The translations under genes were made by a program, and so were the position numbers. A stretch of DNA of 63,008 nt, filler included. It is 11 parts of 11 records of this genome, joined end to end, with 100 filler letters (N's around TTAATTAATTAA, not from the genome) between each part and the next. Parts side by side here need not be neighbours in the genome. Positions count along the whole stretch, not along the records: positions 42,200 to 48,032 come from SRR7504441_10188; positions 48,133 to 53,460 come from SRR7504441_10194; positions 53,561 to 56,569 come from SRR7504441_10198; positions 56,670 to 63,008 come from SRR7504441_10200; 7 more parts are not named here. One strand, written 5' to 3'. A model generated the notes under the pieces. The model ran no database searches. It was not told the origin of the DNA and worked only from the letters and a program-made list of their open reading frames with translations. Shown here piece by piece: positions 46,646-57,544 of this stretch (positions are counted from its first letter, which is position 1; each line of letters starts with the position of its first letter).

Positions 46646-47959
46646 CTACGCATCAGCGGCCAGTGCATGATGTACCAGCGCGTGGAACTGGGCCACAGAC
46701 CTCTCAGTGCCCCACCCGTCCGCGGGGTCGATCACGAACTTGCCCTGCGAGTACCCACGCGAGTGCAGCCCTTGCTGGATACTCTCACACAGCTTGGTGT
46801 CCTCCTCGAGCAACACTTCATTCAGGTAGGCCACTGCCGCCTCCCGGGCCTTCTTCCCGTCCACGGTCTCCTCGCGTGCCTCGCTAGTCGGCTTGGCGAA
46901 GAAACGGAAAGCCCTCCGAAGCGTGGTCTCTGCTGACTGAGGAATGAATTGTAAAATCGACATGTTGGGATTCCCAGGACCAGCGTATATCACCGTATTA
47001 GGCCACAACCAATATGTATCAAATGCCTTGCACGGCGCGTCCGGAGCAAAGCTATACGCGCTGTTCTCGGGCCGGCATGGTGAGTAGTTGCGCACGTGTC
47101 GCCTGGAGCATTACTCAGAATCAGCGCCAAGTCATCCCAGGCGGCGACCTGTGTACGAATGTCTTGTAATTTTGCATATCCACCATATCCACGAAATCCT
47201 TGTGCGCAACGTCGCAGTGATAGCACTCCAGGAAGTTATCCACCATCGCTTTCCAGTTGGCGTGCACCGTCTTCTCCACCACCGCCTCGAGCTGCATGTC
47301 ACACATCTGCGGAATCGTAGCTTCAATCTCCTCACCGAGCCCTCCTGCTTCAAGCGAACTGAACAGCTCAGCGGCCTGGCTGTCCAGGTTCCCGAATATT
47401 AGTCCGTTGAACACTTGGACACGGATCTGGCTCAGCCCGAACTCGACTGGATCGAACTCCTCGGCCGGCGCGCCACGGGCTTTGTGCAGGCTCCCGTCAA
47501 GCTTGTAGCTCCATCCGTGATTCGGGCAGAGCAAGACCGGTCTGGTGCCGCTGCTCCCGGGCTCGACCATCCTGTGCGCCCGGTGTGCGCACACGTTGTA
47601 AAACCCTCGCACCTGGCCCTGCCGCCCTGTCAGCGTTGGCCCAAACAGCGCACCTTTTTGTCCCGGGCTAGCAGAATTTCTTCGCCAGCCAAGTTAGCCG
47701 TGACGTAGGAGCCGGGCTTGGGCAGGTTCACCAGGTGGTCCAGGTAGCCCCAGCTCCGCCCAAAGATGCTCGACTGCTCCTCTGCAAAGATTTTATCATC
47801 TGTGTAAGCCGCGGCGGCCAAGGTGTATGCCGGCGAGCCGCTGGCTTCGACCACCCCACTGGTAGGACAGCGCGCTCGCGGGGCCTGCAGGTGGGCCATC
47901 GCTGCAGCGTAGCTCGAGAGCCCGCGGCGCAGGAGGCGGCTCGTCGCCGCAAGAGGCAT
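46646..47959 (-). CDS. Rieske non-heme oxygenase alpha subunit (choline/carnitine monooxygenase-like) with putative mitochondrial presequence
   Basis: FYNVCAHRAH, CPNHGWSY, NWKAMVDNFLECYHCDVAH and EDTKLCESIQQGLHSRGY. N-terminus MPLAATSRLLRRGLSS, with two short introns. Confidence 0.88.
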
Positions 47960-48032
47960 CAGCTGATCGAAGCTTCCGTTGCCGTTGGCCGGCCGCATCA
48001 GCGCTGCAGTGGGGGTGGGCGGCGCTGTCAGC

Positions 48033-48132
48033 NNNNNNNNNNNNNNNNNNNNNNNNNNNNNNNNNNNNNNNNNNNNTTAATTAATTAANNNNNNNNNNNN
48101 NNNNNNNNNNNNNNNNNNNNNNNNNNNNNNNN
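48033..48132. other. Artificial contig spacer
   Basis: 44N-TTAATTAATTAA-44N. Confidence 0.98.
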
Positions 48133-48307
48133 GAGGAGCGCACACGGGTTGGAGCTCAGATTAAAACCTTGAGGAGGCTTAGGATCGAGCGGGGAATTTC
48201 AGTGCTTTAAAAACTTTGGAAATAGCAATACACGAAACAAACAAAGCTCGGTAGTGTTATGTGGTGGGGCCGACCCACTTGACTTTAATAAATGTAATCA
48301 CACGAGT

Positions 48308-50901
48308 TCAAACAAAGCTCGGCTTTATGGTAGACCAGTTAGCGTCTAGCCAGGCAATCCATCTTGGGTCTACCGGTCCATCATCCAAAGCCACCGAGGG
48401 CACGTAATCTTGAAGCTTGTCCCGGTCAATCATGTAAATTCTCTCGAGCAACTTGGACTTCTCCCCGAGCAACGGCTTGGCCATCCTCAGCGCAGCTCGG
48501 AACAGCAGCGGTGCCCCAATCACATACACAGCGCCTAGCCGAGCCGGGAATGCCCCTTGGACCATCGCGATACCTGAGCAAAAGATAAGGCCAATTGTTT
48601 AACGGCTGATTTGGTTGCTCTAAAGCTTGACGGACCTCTTTTGATGTCGTTGATGCCGAGTTTGCTCAGCGGCAGCTTCATCTCGGTAAAGTCCTGTCGA
48701 GACGGTCAGTGGTCGACCAAAAGAGCTAAACGACCAGAATCAGCCCCAACCCGAACAGCTGAGGCCTCTCTTGCGCCATCAGCGCGTGGAGCAGCAGATA
48801 CGCCGAGGCTTGATACGACCTGCCGCCGAGATCAGCCTCTGCATGGGGTGCCGACCCACTCGATCGAGACTCCAGCGAGATCCAAGTCCATCAGCCGAGG
48901 CGAGCACAGCACCATCGACCGGCCTGCAATATCTGGTTCTGCCAGTAACTGATGCGCCCCTAGCCCGGAGAGTAAAGCATGGTCTGGCGCGGGCTGCACC
49001 TGACTTGAGCTCTGTGCTGACTTGGGACGGCTCTAGCAAGTCCCAGCCTAGTCCGGCCTGGAAACTAGAGTATCCTTGCGCCACTTTGACCGCAGCGTCC
49101 AGATCCCACTTCTTGCTCCTTAAAAACGCCACAGCAAGCTGCTCGCTGCCAGCCAGATGCTTGGTGGTCGAATGTGCCTGCACCGGTTCAGCAGCAGGCT
49201 AGCTGGCGGGCACCCCGAGCGCTTGCTGCATCTGCTCCACACGAGCGCTCCTGACTAGATCGTCACGCTCACAAGTGTCCATCAACTCTAGTTTTGCCAG
49301 GTCTCGCGCATTCAACCCAGCGTATTTAATCCCCCACCAGTGCTCGCCACGCTTGCCCTCATACTGCACCCGCCCCGGTTGGCTGTTGGCCCGTCCTACT
49401 GAAGGAGACTCTAGAGGCTCCACCTTGCCCTGTGGCTCACTCTGTCGGGTCAATTCTTCCAACTCTTCCATGGCCTGATCGCCGACGACAGAGCGCCCCG
49501 GCGGCACCAAGGCCGCCTCCTGACGCTTGGTATCGGACTCTTGCTGCGCTGACCACCAACCAGCGAGAAGCACCAGAGAGCTCGCGAGCAACACAAGACA
49601 CGCACTCTGAAACACCAGACTGAGCACAACAACAGCCGCCCAGCCCAACTGGCTCGACCCGCCCAGCGCCGCAGTCACTGTCCGGATCAGGCAACTCCTG
49701 TCTACCGCCCGGGCACTCTTTGGGCTCGAAGCAAGATCGTGCTGCACCTCTGAGTGTGACCAGATTGTTTCAGCCTGTGTCTCCGGTCCAAACAGCTGAC
49801 TCACCGCTTCGCGCAGCTCGGTGTGCTCGGCCAGCACTCGCTCGATCTCGCCTTCCGGGACCGGACCGGCCGCCCCCGCCAGCAAGAACTCCTTGTGAAG
49901 AGCAGGCGGGCTTTTAAGCCGCTTCATCCGGGTAGCGGCACTCTCGTGCACCGTGAATCGGTAGAAGAGGTGTCGATCCGCAAACGGGTGATCGTCGCAC
50001 ACGTGGTGCAGCTGATCGTGTATAACCAACTCCTGGCACATCTCCACCGCCTCACCCCTGGACGACGCCAGCCCGGCCACAACCAAAGCGTCCACAAGCT
50101 CTACCGCAATCACACAATTTTCGTATCTGAGCATGTGGTGCCACCGGTTGTCCAAAAGCTGGGCGGTTTCCACCACCTTCAGCACCTCCGTCAAGGTCGC
50201 CTCAGCAAATTCAGGCAAATCTCGCCTGGCCAAACCAGTCAGGTGCCAAAGGGGCGGATCGGGCACCGGTGGTGGAACGGAGCGGGGAGCCACTTTCGGT
50301 TGGCCTGCTTGGCCAGGGGGATATCCGCGGTGAACCTGTAAAACAGGTATCCGTCTTCGAATGGGTGTTCATCACAGACGTGGTGCAGCTGGTCCTGTCG
50401 CACAAGCTGCTGGCACATCTCCACCGCCTCCTCCCTGCTGCCCGCTCTCTTTTCCCCGACCAGCGCAGCAACTAGCGCCTCCGCCACCACGCAGTCCTCA
50501 TACCGCTGCAGGTGGTACCATCGGCTATCCACGAGCTCCATCCGGTGCGCCAGCGCGTACACGCCTTCCGGCGCCGCCGCCAGCTTCCGGCACGCCGCGC
50601 TCAGCGCTTCCACCCACCGGCTGCGGAGCACTATGCTCGGGGCCCGGAGCTGGATCACTCCCTCGGTCGGACGCTCCGAGTCGGCCGCGCCGCGGAGCTC
50701 GAACTCGCGCGCTGCAGGGTCCGGGGTGTGGCACTGAGTGTGCCCGAACAGCATGATCCGGCCCGGACAGCTGCCCGCGTACCGGAGGGTGGAGGCCCGG
50801 AGCGACCACTCGTCCGGCTCTGACCACTCGTCGAACCGGACGTGGTGCCGGGTGCCCCGCTCCAGCCGGCCCGAGAGCAAGACTGGCTCACCACTCTCCA
50901 T
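48308..50901 (-). CDS. PH-DEP-DEP-TM-CRAL/TRIO (Sec14-like) protein
   Basis: PH (…RSRWVEALS), two DEP copies ([11 protein letters not shown]...[29 protein letters not shown]...[18 protein letters not shown]), a hydrophobic segment, then [13 protein letters not shown] and [17 protein letters not shown]. Confidence 0.75.
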
Positions 50902-50940
50902 GGGACGCGTTCCGTTATTTTGCCCAAGCTCGAGGTGCGT

Positions 50941-52977
50941 ATGTCGAGTATGCGCCAGAGAGCAGCTGTAGCGGTATGCGCCGTCGGGTGGGCGGTGGGC
51001 GCGCTGGGCTCGTACAATGCGAGCTGGGCCTCGCTGTCGCGGCACGGCACGCCTGGCTGGTTCGGCCGCGCCAAGTTCGGGATCTACGCCCATTGGGGGG
51101 TAACTGTGGGCAGCAACTGTGCAGTAACCCCGGGGGCGTGAAGGTGTACTCGGTGCCTGCGTACGCCGCCCGGCGGTCCGAGATCCACGCCCGGTGCCCT
51201 GCCAGCCCAACCCCGTCGAGCTGCGGCCCGTGCCAAGGCCCGGACCGATGCACGTGCCCGGCCGGACAGTACTGCGCTGGGGGTGCTCCTGTGGCGGCGC
51301 GTCCGCTGACCGGGCGGGGTAGAATGGTACCCGCACTGTATGTACGTCGCGGGCAGCCCCACCTACGCGCACCACGCCCAGCGATACGGGGGTCACTTTG
51401 GATACAAGGAGTTGGTGCCACTGTTCACCGCGTCCGAGTTCGACCCGTCCGGCTGGGCCAAGCTGTGGCGCCGGGCTGGCGCGCAGTATGGTGTGCGCGG
51501 CACATGATGGGCTGACCGTTGGGCCAGCTGGGCCGGTGGCGGAGCACAGCGACGGGTTTGCCATGTTCAACACAACGCTCTCAGAGTGGAACGCTGCTCT
51601 CAAAGGCCCGAAGCGCGACATTGTGGCTGAGCTGGCAAAGGCGGTCCGGGGAGAGGGCCTGCGCGTGGTGGCGACGTTTCATAATCATTTCCTGTGGGGC
51701 TGGTACCCCACCTGGAACCGATCGTCCTATGCCGATGACGCGGCTAATTCCTCCTATCAGCTCACCGACACCCAAGGTGGACTGTACGGCCCAGCGCTGC
51801 CCAACGCTTCGTGCGGCGGGATCGCATCGAGCCAGGTGCCGCCGCTCGGGCCGCTAGATCTGGGTTGTAGCGGTTCATGAACTATACCATGGGCAAGCCG
51901 ACCGAGCTGGTTCGGCTGATCTCGCCAGACTTGGGTAAGACCCAATGAGATGTGTGTGTGAGGCATAACGGCAGTTTATTTCGACGGGCAGTTGACGCGA
52001 CGTGTGGACACGGCACACATCACAGGCTGGCTCGGAGCGCGGTGTGGCGTGTGATGGCCGGCGGCAGCGTTCCTGGCATACTACTACAACAAAGCCGAGG
52101 AGCAGGAGCAGGAGGTAGTTACCACCAACAAGGACGCTTTCCCAATCGGTGAGCACCTACTTTTGGCTCTAGCGGGCTCAGCGCGGCCCAGGCGCATCAG
52201 TCAAGGACATTGAGCGTGGCGGGGCACTGGACATTCTGCCGTTTTCGTGGCAGACTGACGACTCTATGGATCCAGACACCTGGGGCTGGGCTGAGCCTCC
52301 GGTGATTAAAAACTCTACAGAACTGGTCAGCTCTGGGCTCGTGGCCTGGACCTTAGCCCGGGCAGGTCGGGGAGCTGGCAGATATCGTCTCCAAGGTCGC
52401 ATATTCCCTTTTTTATTTATTGTTTCTCTGAGGTTGGGCTGTGCAGAATGGTAATTTGCTCTTGAACTGCCCGCCCAAGGCTGACGGCTCCTGGGACTTG
52501 AGGGTGGTCAACACGTTAACCGAGATGGGCAGTTGGCTGGCTACAAACGGCGTTGCTATCTACGGCACTCAGCCGTGGATCCAGTGCTGCGAGCATCAGC
52601 CTGGCCGGAAGGACATGGGCGTGGCGCAAGAGCCTCACCTAGGCTGGCCCATCTACCAGCCCGGCGACTACAGGTTCACCACGGCTCCGGGCGCACTGTT
52701 TGTGATCAGCTTCGGTTGGGCCGAAAGCTTGCTCATCCGGTCGCTCAACGCGTCCTTGCCTGTCGCCAAATCAATCACCGACGTGAGCATCGTTGGGTCG
52801 AGCTCGCCAGTGCAGTGGGATTGCCGCCCCGACGGGATGGCCTTGCAGCTGGCCCCGGATCGGCCACCCGAGATCTCGCACCATGCGTGGGTCTTGCGTA
52901 TGCACTTGGATGGCGCCACGGCCCAAGAAATCGATGCACCCACGGCGGAGCTGCGGGCGGCAATTCTTGCCGAGTGA
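50941..52977 (+). CDS. GH29 alpha-L-fucosidase, secreted, multi-exon
   Basis: WASLSRH...[40 protein letters not shown] (nucleophile), [14 protein letters not shown] and [11 protein letters not shown]. Confidence 0.92.
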
Positions 52978-53357
52978 AATACATGTCAACTTAGATATCA
53001 ATAGAGCTCGTAGCGCGGATTTAATAGCGCCGTTGTTCTTATGTGTCCAAGAAGCTCACTCATTTGTACGAGTACGAGTACATCGATATGAAATGATGAG
53101 AGGATTGAGCAAGGTGAACAGTACCCCAACCGTACGCAATAAACCGAGCTTCCTTCTTATTGAAAAGAAAAGCTAATGTTAATGTCCGAATGGGCGTCGT
53201 TCGATGCACAATGCCACAATCATCAGGACACCAACATTCAAGGTGTGGGTCAAGGTGGGCGTGCCCTTTTTTGGCCTGAATGAAAAACGATGAAAGATGA
53301 GTGAAACCGGTTTTTTCATTCCGGCGGCGCTCTGGATTCTCGAGCCGAGAGCGAGCC

Positions 53358-53460
53358 ATGGTGGCAAAGCTCCAGTGGCTGTGCCTGCTGCTGGCAATGA
53401 GCTCCGTCTACGCCGACGTGTACATGCACTACCCGCGCGGCTCCAACGACCGGAACTGCG
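53358..53460 (+). CDS. Secreted DD3-3-like protein, N-terminal fragment
   Basis: Signal peptide followed by DVYMHYPRGSNDR, matching the conserved DD3-3 N-terminus (D-YMH-PRGSN-R). It is cut by the spacer. Confidence 0.7.
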
Positions 53461-53560
53461 NNNNNNNNNNNNNNNNNNNNNNNNNNNNNNNNNNNNNNNN
53501 NNNNTTAATTAATTAANNNNNNNNNNNNNNNNNNNNNNNNNNNNNNNNNNNNNNNNNNNN
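53461..53560. other. Artificial contig spacer
   Basis: 44N-TTAATTAATTAA-44N. Confidence 0.98.
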
Positions 53561-53841
53561 GATTATAACATCCCTTCGGGAGCTATTCAAAGTCCGTTAC
53601 GAGCTGTCAGAGCCTCAGAGGAAGCTTCCAGAATTCTGGAGCGACGGATTTCCTCCGCTCGTTTGTGGCGTCCCTTCGAACTCCGAGGAGATCGATGGAG
53701 CTCGCCAGCGCCGGCTGCCAGCCCCCCGCCCGGGGCAAGGCCGGGCAGACACAGGCGCCCGATACGCCCGACAGGATGTCCAACAACTCAATGCACGGAT
53801 TCGCTCGCCCGGCAGCCTCCCCGCTTCCGCCCGCGGCCTCT

Positions 53842-55324
53842 ATGGAACCATCCACCGTGGCCGCCGTTCCCGGACTGGTGGCCGGGCTCCGCCGGTCATT
53901 TGACACCGGCCGGACCGTGCCGTTGGCGGCTCGGGCAGAGCAGCTCAGCGCGCTCAAGGCGCTCATACAGCAGAACGCCGACCGGCTGGCCGCCGCGGTG
54001 CAGAGCGACATGGCCCGGCACCCAAAGCTGACCAAGCAGACCCTGGCCGGCTGCCTGGCCTCGTGCGACGATTGCCTGACCAACATGGCCGACTGGGCCG
54101 CCCCCCGACCGGTGGGCTCGGCCGGGCCGCCCGCCGGGCCGGGGAACCGCTGCGAGCTCCGGTACCGGCCGCGGGGGACTGTGCTCATCGTCGGCACCTG
54201 GAACTTTCCAAATCCGTTGGTGTGGAAGCCGTTGGCCTCGGCGATTGCGGCCGGCAACTGCGTGCTGATCAAATTATCCGAGGTGGCCCTGCAGGGTTAT
54301 TTTGGTCATTCATGCCGGAGGGCAGGTGTGCACAGCTTGCTCGAAGCTGATGGCTGAGCTGATTGCCCAGTATATGAGCCCGGACTGGGTTGTCGCCGTG
54401 CAGGGCGGAGTGCCAGTGGCCACGGCGGTGCTCGCCCAGCGGTTTGATATGATCTTTTATACTGGGAACACGGCGGTCGGTAAGATTGTGATGAAGGCGG
54501 CCTCGGAGCACCTGACCCCGTGTGTGCTCGAACTCGGCGGGAAGAATCCAGTGGTAGTGGACCGGGACGCCGATCTGCGTCTGGCCGCCCGGAAGATCAT
54601 GGATGGCCGGATGAAGAACACGGGACAGTTTTGTGTCGCACCGGACTACGTTTTAGTCCATGCAGAGGTGAGGCCACAGCTGGTCGACGAGCTGGTTATT
54701 GCAGCCAAGGAGTTTTTCGGGGAGGATCCGCGGCGGAGCGACTCGTTCGGGCGGATTGTGAGCAGTCGGCACGCTGAGAGGATTGGCTCCCTGCTGCAGG
54801 AGGACCACGGCGGTCATATACCTTTGGGTGGCTCTTTTGACATCGATGCTGCATATGTGGCGCCAACAGTGGTGGTGAATCCGAGAAAAGACTCCAAGCT
54901 CATGCAGGTCCTGCCACGCTCTGGATTCATGACAGCGCGTGCAGGATGAAGTGTTTGGCCCTGTATTGGTGGTGTGCGATGTGGAGGACACTGCTGCAGC
55001 CATCCGACATATCAACCAGCAGCATACTCCGCTCGCACTGTACGTGTTCTCCTCGAGCCAAGCGACTGTCGACCAGGCGGCCTGTACATTTGTATCATAG
55101 TCAACGGGGGGCAGGTGATAGACAGTACCAATTCAGGTGGCGCCTGTGCGAATGACGTGATTGTTCACATGCTCAATGACGTTCTTCCATTCGGCGGATG
55201 CGGCAATTCGGGGTTCGGTAGCTATCACGGGCAGTGGGGGTTCAAGGCCTTCTCGCATGAGAAGGGCGTCATGCTCGTGGATGCGAGTGATGATGGCGCC
55301 AAGCGGTTCCCACCGTATGTGTGA
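53842..55324 (+). CDS. Aldehyde dehydrogenase, family 3
   Basis: GTVLIVGTWNFP, FYTGNTAVGK, LELGGKNP, GQFCVAPDY (catalytic Cys), DEVFGP and PFGGCGNSGFGSYHG. There are three introns, and upstream in-frame ATGs exist. Confidence 0.93.
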
Positions 55325-55600
55325 TGCGAGAGGCCTGATGGCCTCTTTATAGCTTATAGCATGCGCAACAAAAGCTGTTGCATTTTGTAGATATTGTGTA
55401 GATGGAACAAATCGAAAATATGTCTAAATTAGATCTCTGTAATTATAGCAAGTAGACTTCAAAACAATGTTCTTCATCCGTGTTAAAGCACTTAACGGCG
55501 GCACCAATTGGAGGTCATAATTTCTCAATCAAGGACTCAGGCTCACAAGCTCAACACCCTAGACTTCCGTCTACAGGAGCATTACTCGGAGGTTGTACGG

Positions 55601-56569
55601 TCAAACTGGGTGGAACACCACCGATTCAAAAGGAGTAGCAAACGCTTGTGCTGATCTTCCGTCTACTGAGGAGCGCTGCAACCGCAAAACCTGTGCACAC
55701 CCGGGTCCACATAGTCACTCACATTAATAGCACGAGGAAAAGGCTGACCCATTCTTTGAGTTTTTCAACCTCGCTGTGAAGCCGCAACACATTGTCTTCT
55801 AGCTTGTTGCTCCGCTGCTCCACAAATCCATTCTCTAATATCGTTTCTGCATTTTGCTTTGATAGCTCCGAGTTCTTTGCAGACAGCCATGGCACCTAGA
55901 CCAGGTTGAGCGTTCAAACGCGCCTGGCACTAGCGTTAGTAGCTCTGACCTGGGCCTCTAGCACAGCTGTCAGTGCTTCAAGCCTCTGATTGGTGTTGTT
56001 GAGAGCCAAATTTGTGGCATGAAGCTGGGTATTGGAAGACGACAGCTCAGCGTTGTTGTGCTCATACTGGTTGCTAGTGAGCTCGAGAAACTGATGCTTG
56101 TCCTCCAAAGCAGCCAGCTCCTCCTGCAGTGCCTGCAAACCAGGATTGAACAGAGAAAGCAGGCCTGAATCGTGCCTGTATAGTGGTGGTCTGCTGGGAA
56201 GTTTGGGTCTCGAGGTTGTTGCTCCGACGGTTGAGCTCGTCCTAAAACACCAGCCAGGATGAGCATGATTAGGATCGGGCCTGCGCAAGGTCAGGTCGTG
56301 CACAAGGCCGTGCGGATACTCCGACGGGCCCGCCGTGCATTCATTGGGGCAAGCGAAGTTGATTGAGCAATCATCGGCAAAGTAAGCATATTCGCACATG
56401 CACTTGCCACTTAAGAGACAGGTACCACCGCCATTGCATGTGGGATGTGGGCAAGCTTCATAAGAGCAGTCGAAATTGGAGAACTTGGAGTCGCACATGC
56501 AATGCCCAGTGTTGTAGTCGCAAGTACCATGCGATTCCTCTGAGCACGAGCGGCATACTTTCTTTTGCA
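55601..56569 (-). CDS. 5'-truncated protein with tenascin-type EGF repeats followed by coiled coil
   Basis: HGTCDYNTGHCMCDSKFSNFDCS and CNGGGTCLLSGKCMCEYAYFADDCS, then heptad-rich exons. The 3' end is inferred. Confidence 0.55.
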
Positions 56570-56669
56570 NNNNNNNNNNNNNNNNNNNNNNNNNNNNNNN
56601 NNNNNNNNNNNNNTTAATTAATTAANNNNNNNNNNNNNNNNNNNNNNNNNNNNNNNNNNNNNNNNNNNN
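56570..56669. other. Artificial contig spacer
   Basis: 44N-TTAATTAATTAA-44N. Confidence 0.98.
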
Positions 56670-57282
56670 CCCCCCCAGCGTCAGCCCGCGCTTGGTGTCG
56701 GCCACTGCCCCCGGCTGAGCCGCCCCCGGGTTGAGGGTCACCTTTCTTGATCAGCCAGGCCGCTGCGAAGGTGCTGTCGTCCACTTCCCAAAAGTAGGCC
56801 GACGAGACCCCCGTCTCGAAGTACAGCTCCCGGTAGATCGAGAGCACCTCGTTCGCCTTGACCTGCCCTCCCCTCGCCCCCCTGCTGTCGCGCCCGCCAC
56901 CTCGTACTCCCGCATCTGGGCCGACGGCATCGAGCCGTCCGGCATGGCCGGGTCGTACACGTTCGACCAGGGCGACCTGCACCGCCCGCTCGCCGGGGCC
57001 CGGCCGGGGCGGCACCGGTACGAGTCGCCGTCGCGGTTGTAGTCGCAGACTAGGTAGGGCGCGCCGTTCACCGGGTCTTTGGCCACCCGGAGCGGCGCGT
57101 CCACAGCCCCGAGGAACGCATCCGCCCACTGCCCACAACCTCAGCCCGGCCCGGCCCGGCCTACCGGCCTCGGCCTCGTCGCCGGCGATGTCCAGGACGT
57201 CGTTGATCGAATCGCTGGTCCGGCCCGGGGGCAGCCGCCGCATCAGGTCGTGCGCGCTGGTGAGCGGGTCGGCTGCAGCCAT
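56670..57282 (-). CDS. CAPZB: F-actin capping protein beta subunit, 3'-truncated
   Basis: [32 protein letters not shown] and [16 protein letters not shown] across four short introns. Confidence 0.95.
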
Positions 57283-57544
57283 CCTTCCAGGCCGTGTGTC
57301 GGGGCGCGCACTGCAGGCGCACTGCACTGGACTGCCGATTCCGTTACCGAGTAACGGTAAGAATATCGTCACTCGTACGCACACCTCGCGCCAAAGCACG
57401 ACTCGCTCCTCGCCAGACAGTCAGCCGCCCTCCCTTCAGCAAGCCTCGTGAACTTGTTGAAGCAGCTCACCCTCACCCGGTGCCCGGCTGCGGCCGGCCC
57501 AGCTCACCGGGCCGGCCCAGGAAACAAAGGACTCAGCAAGCACA

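Noticed and set aside
7119-56669. Ten regularly spaced TTAATTAATTAA repeats as a biological repeat or CRISPR-like array
   Set aside because: Each is embedded in exactly 44+44 N, encodes six-frame stops and cuts genes, so it is a concatenation linker.
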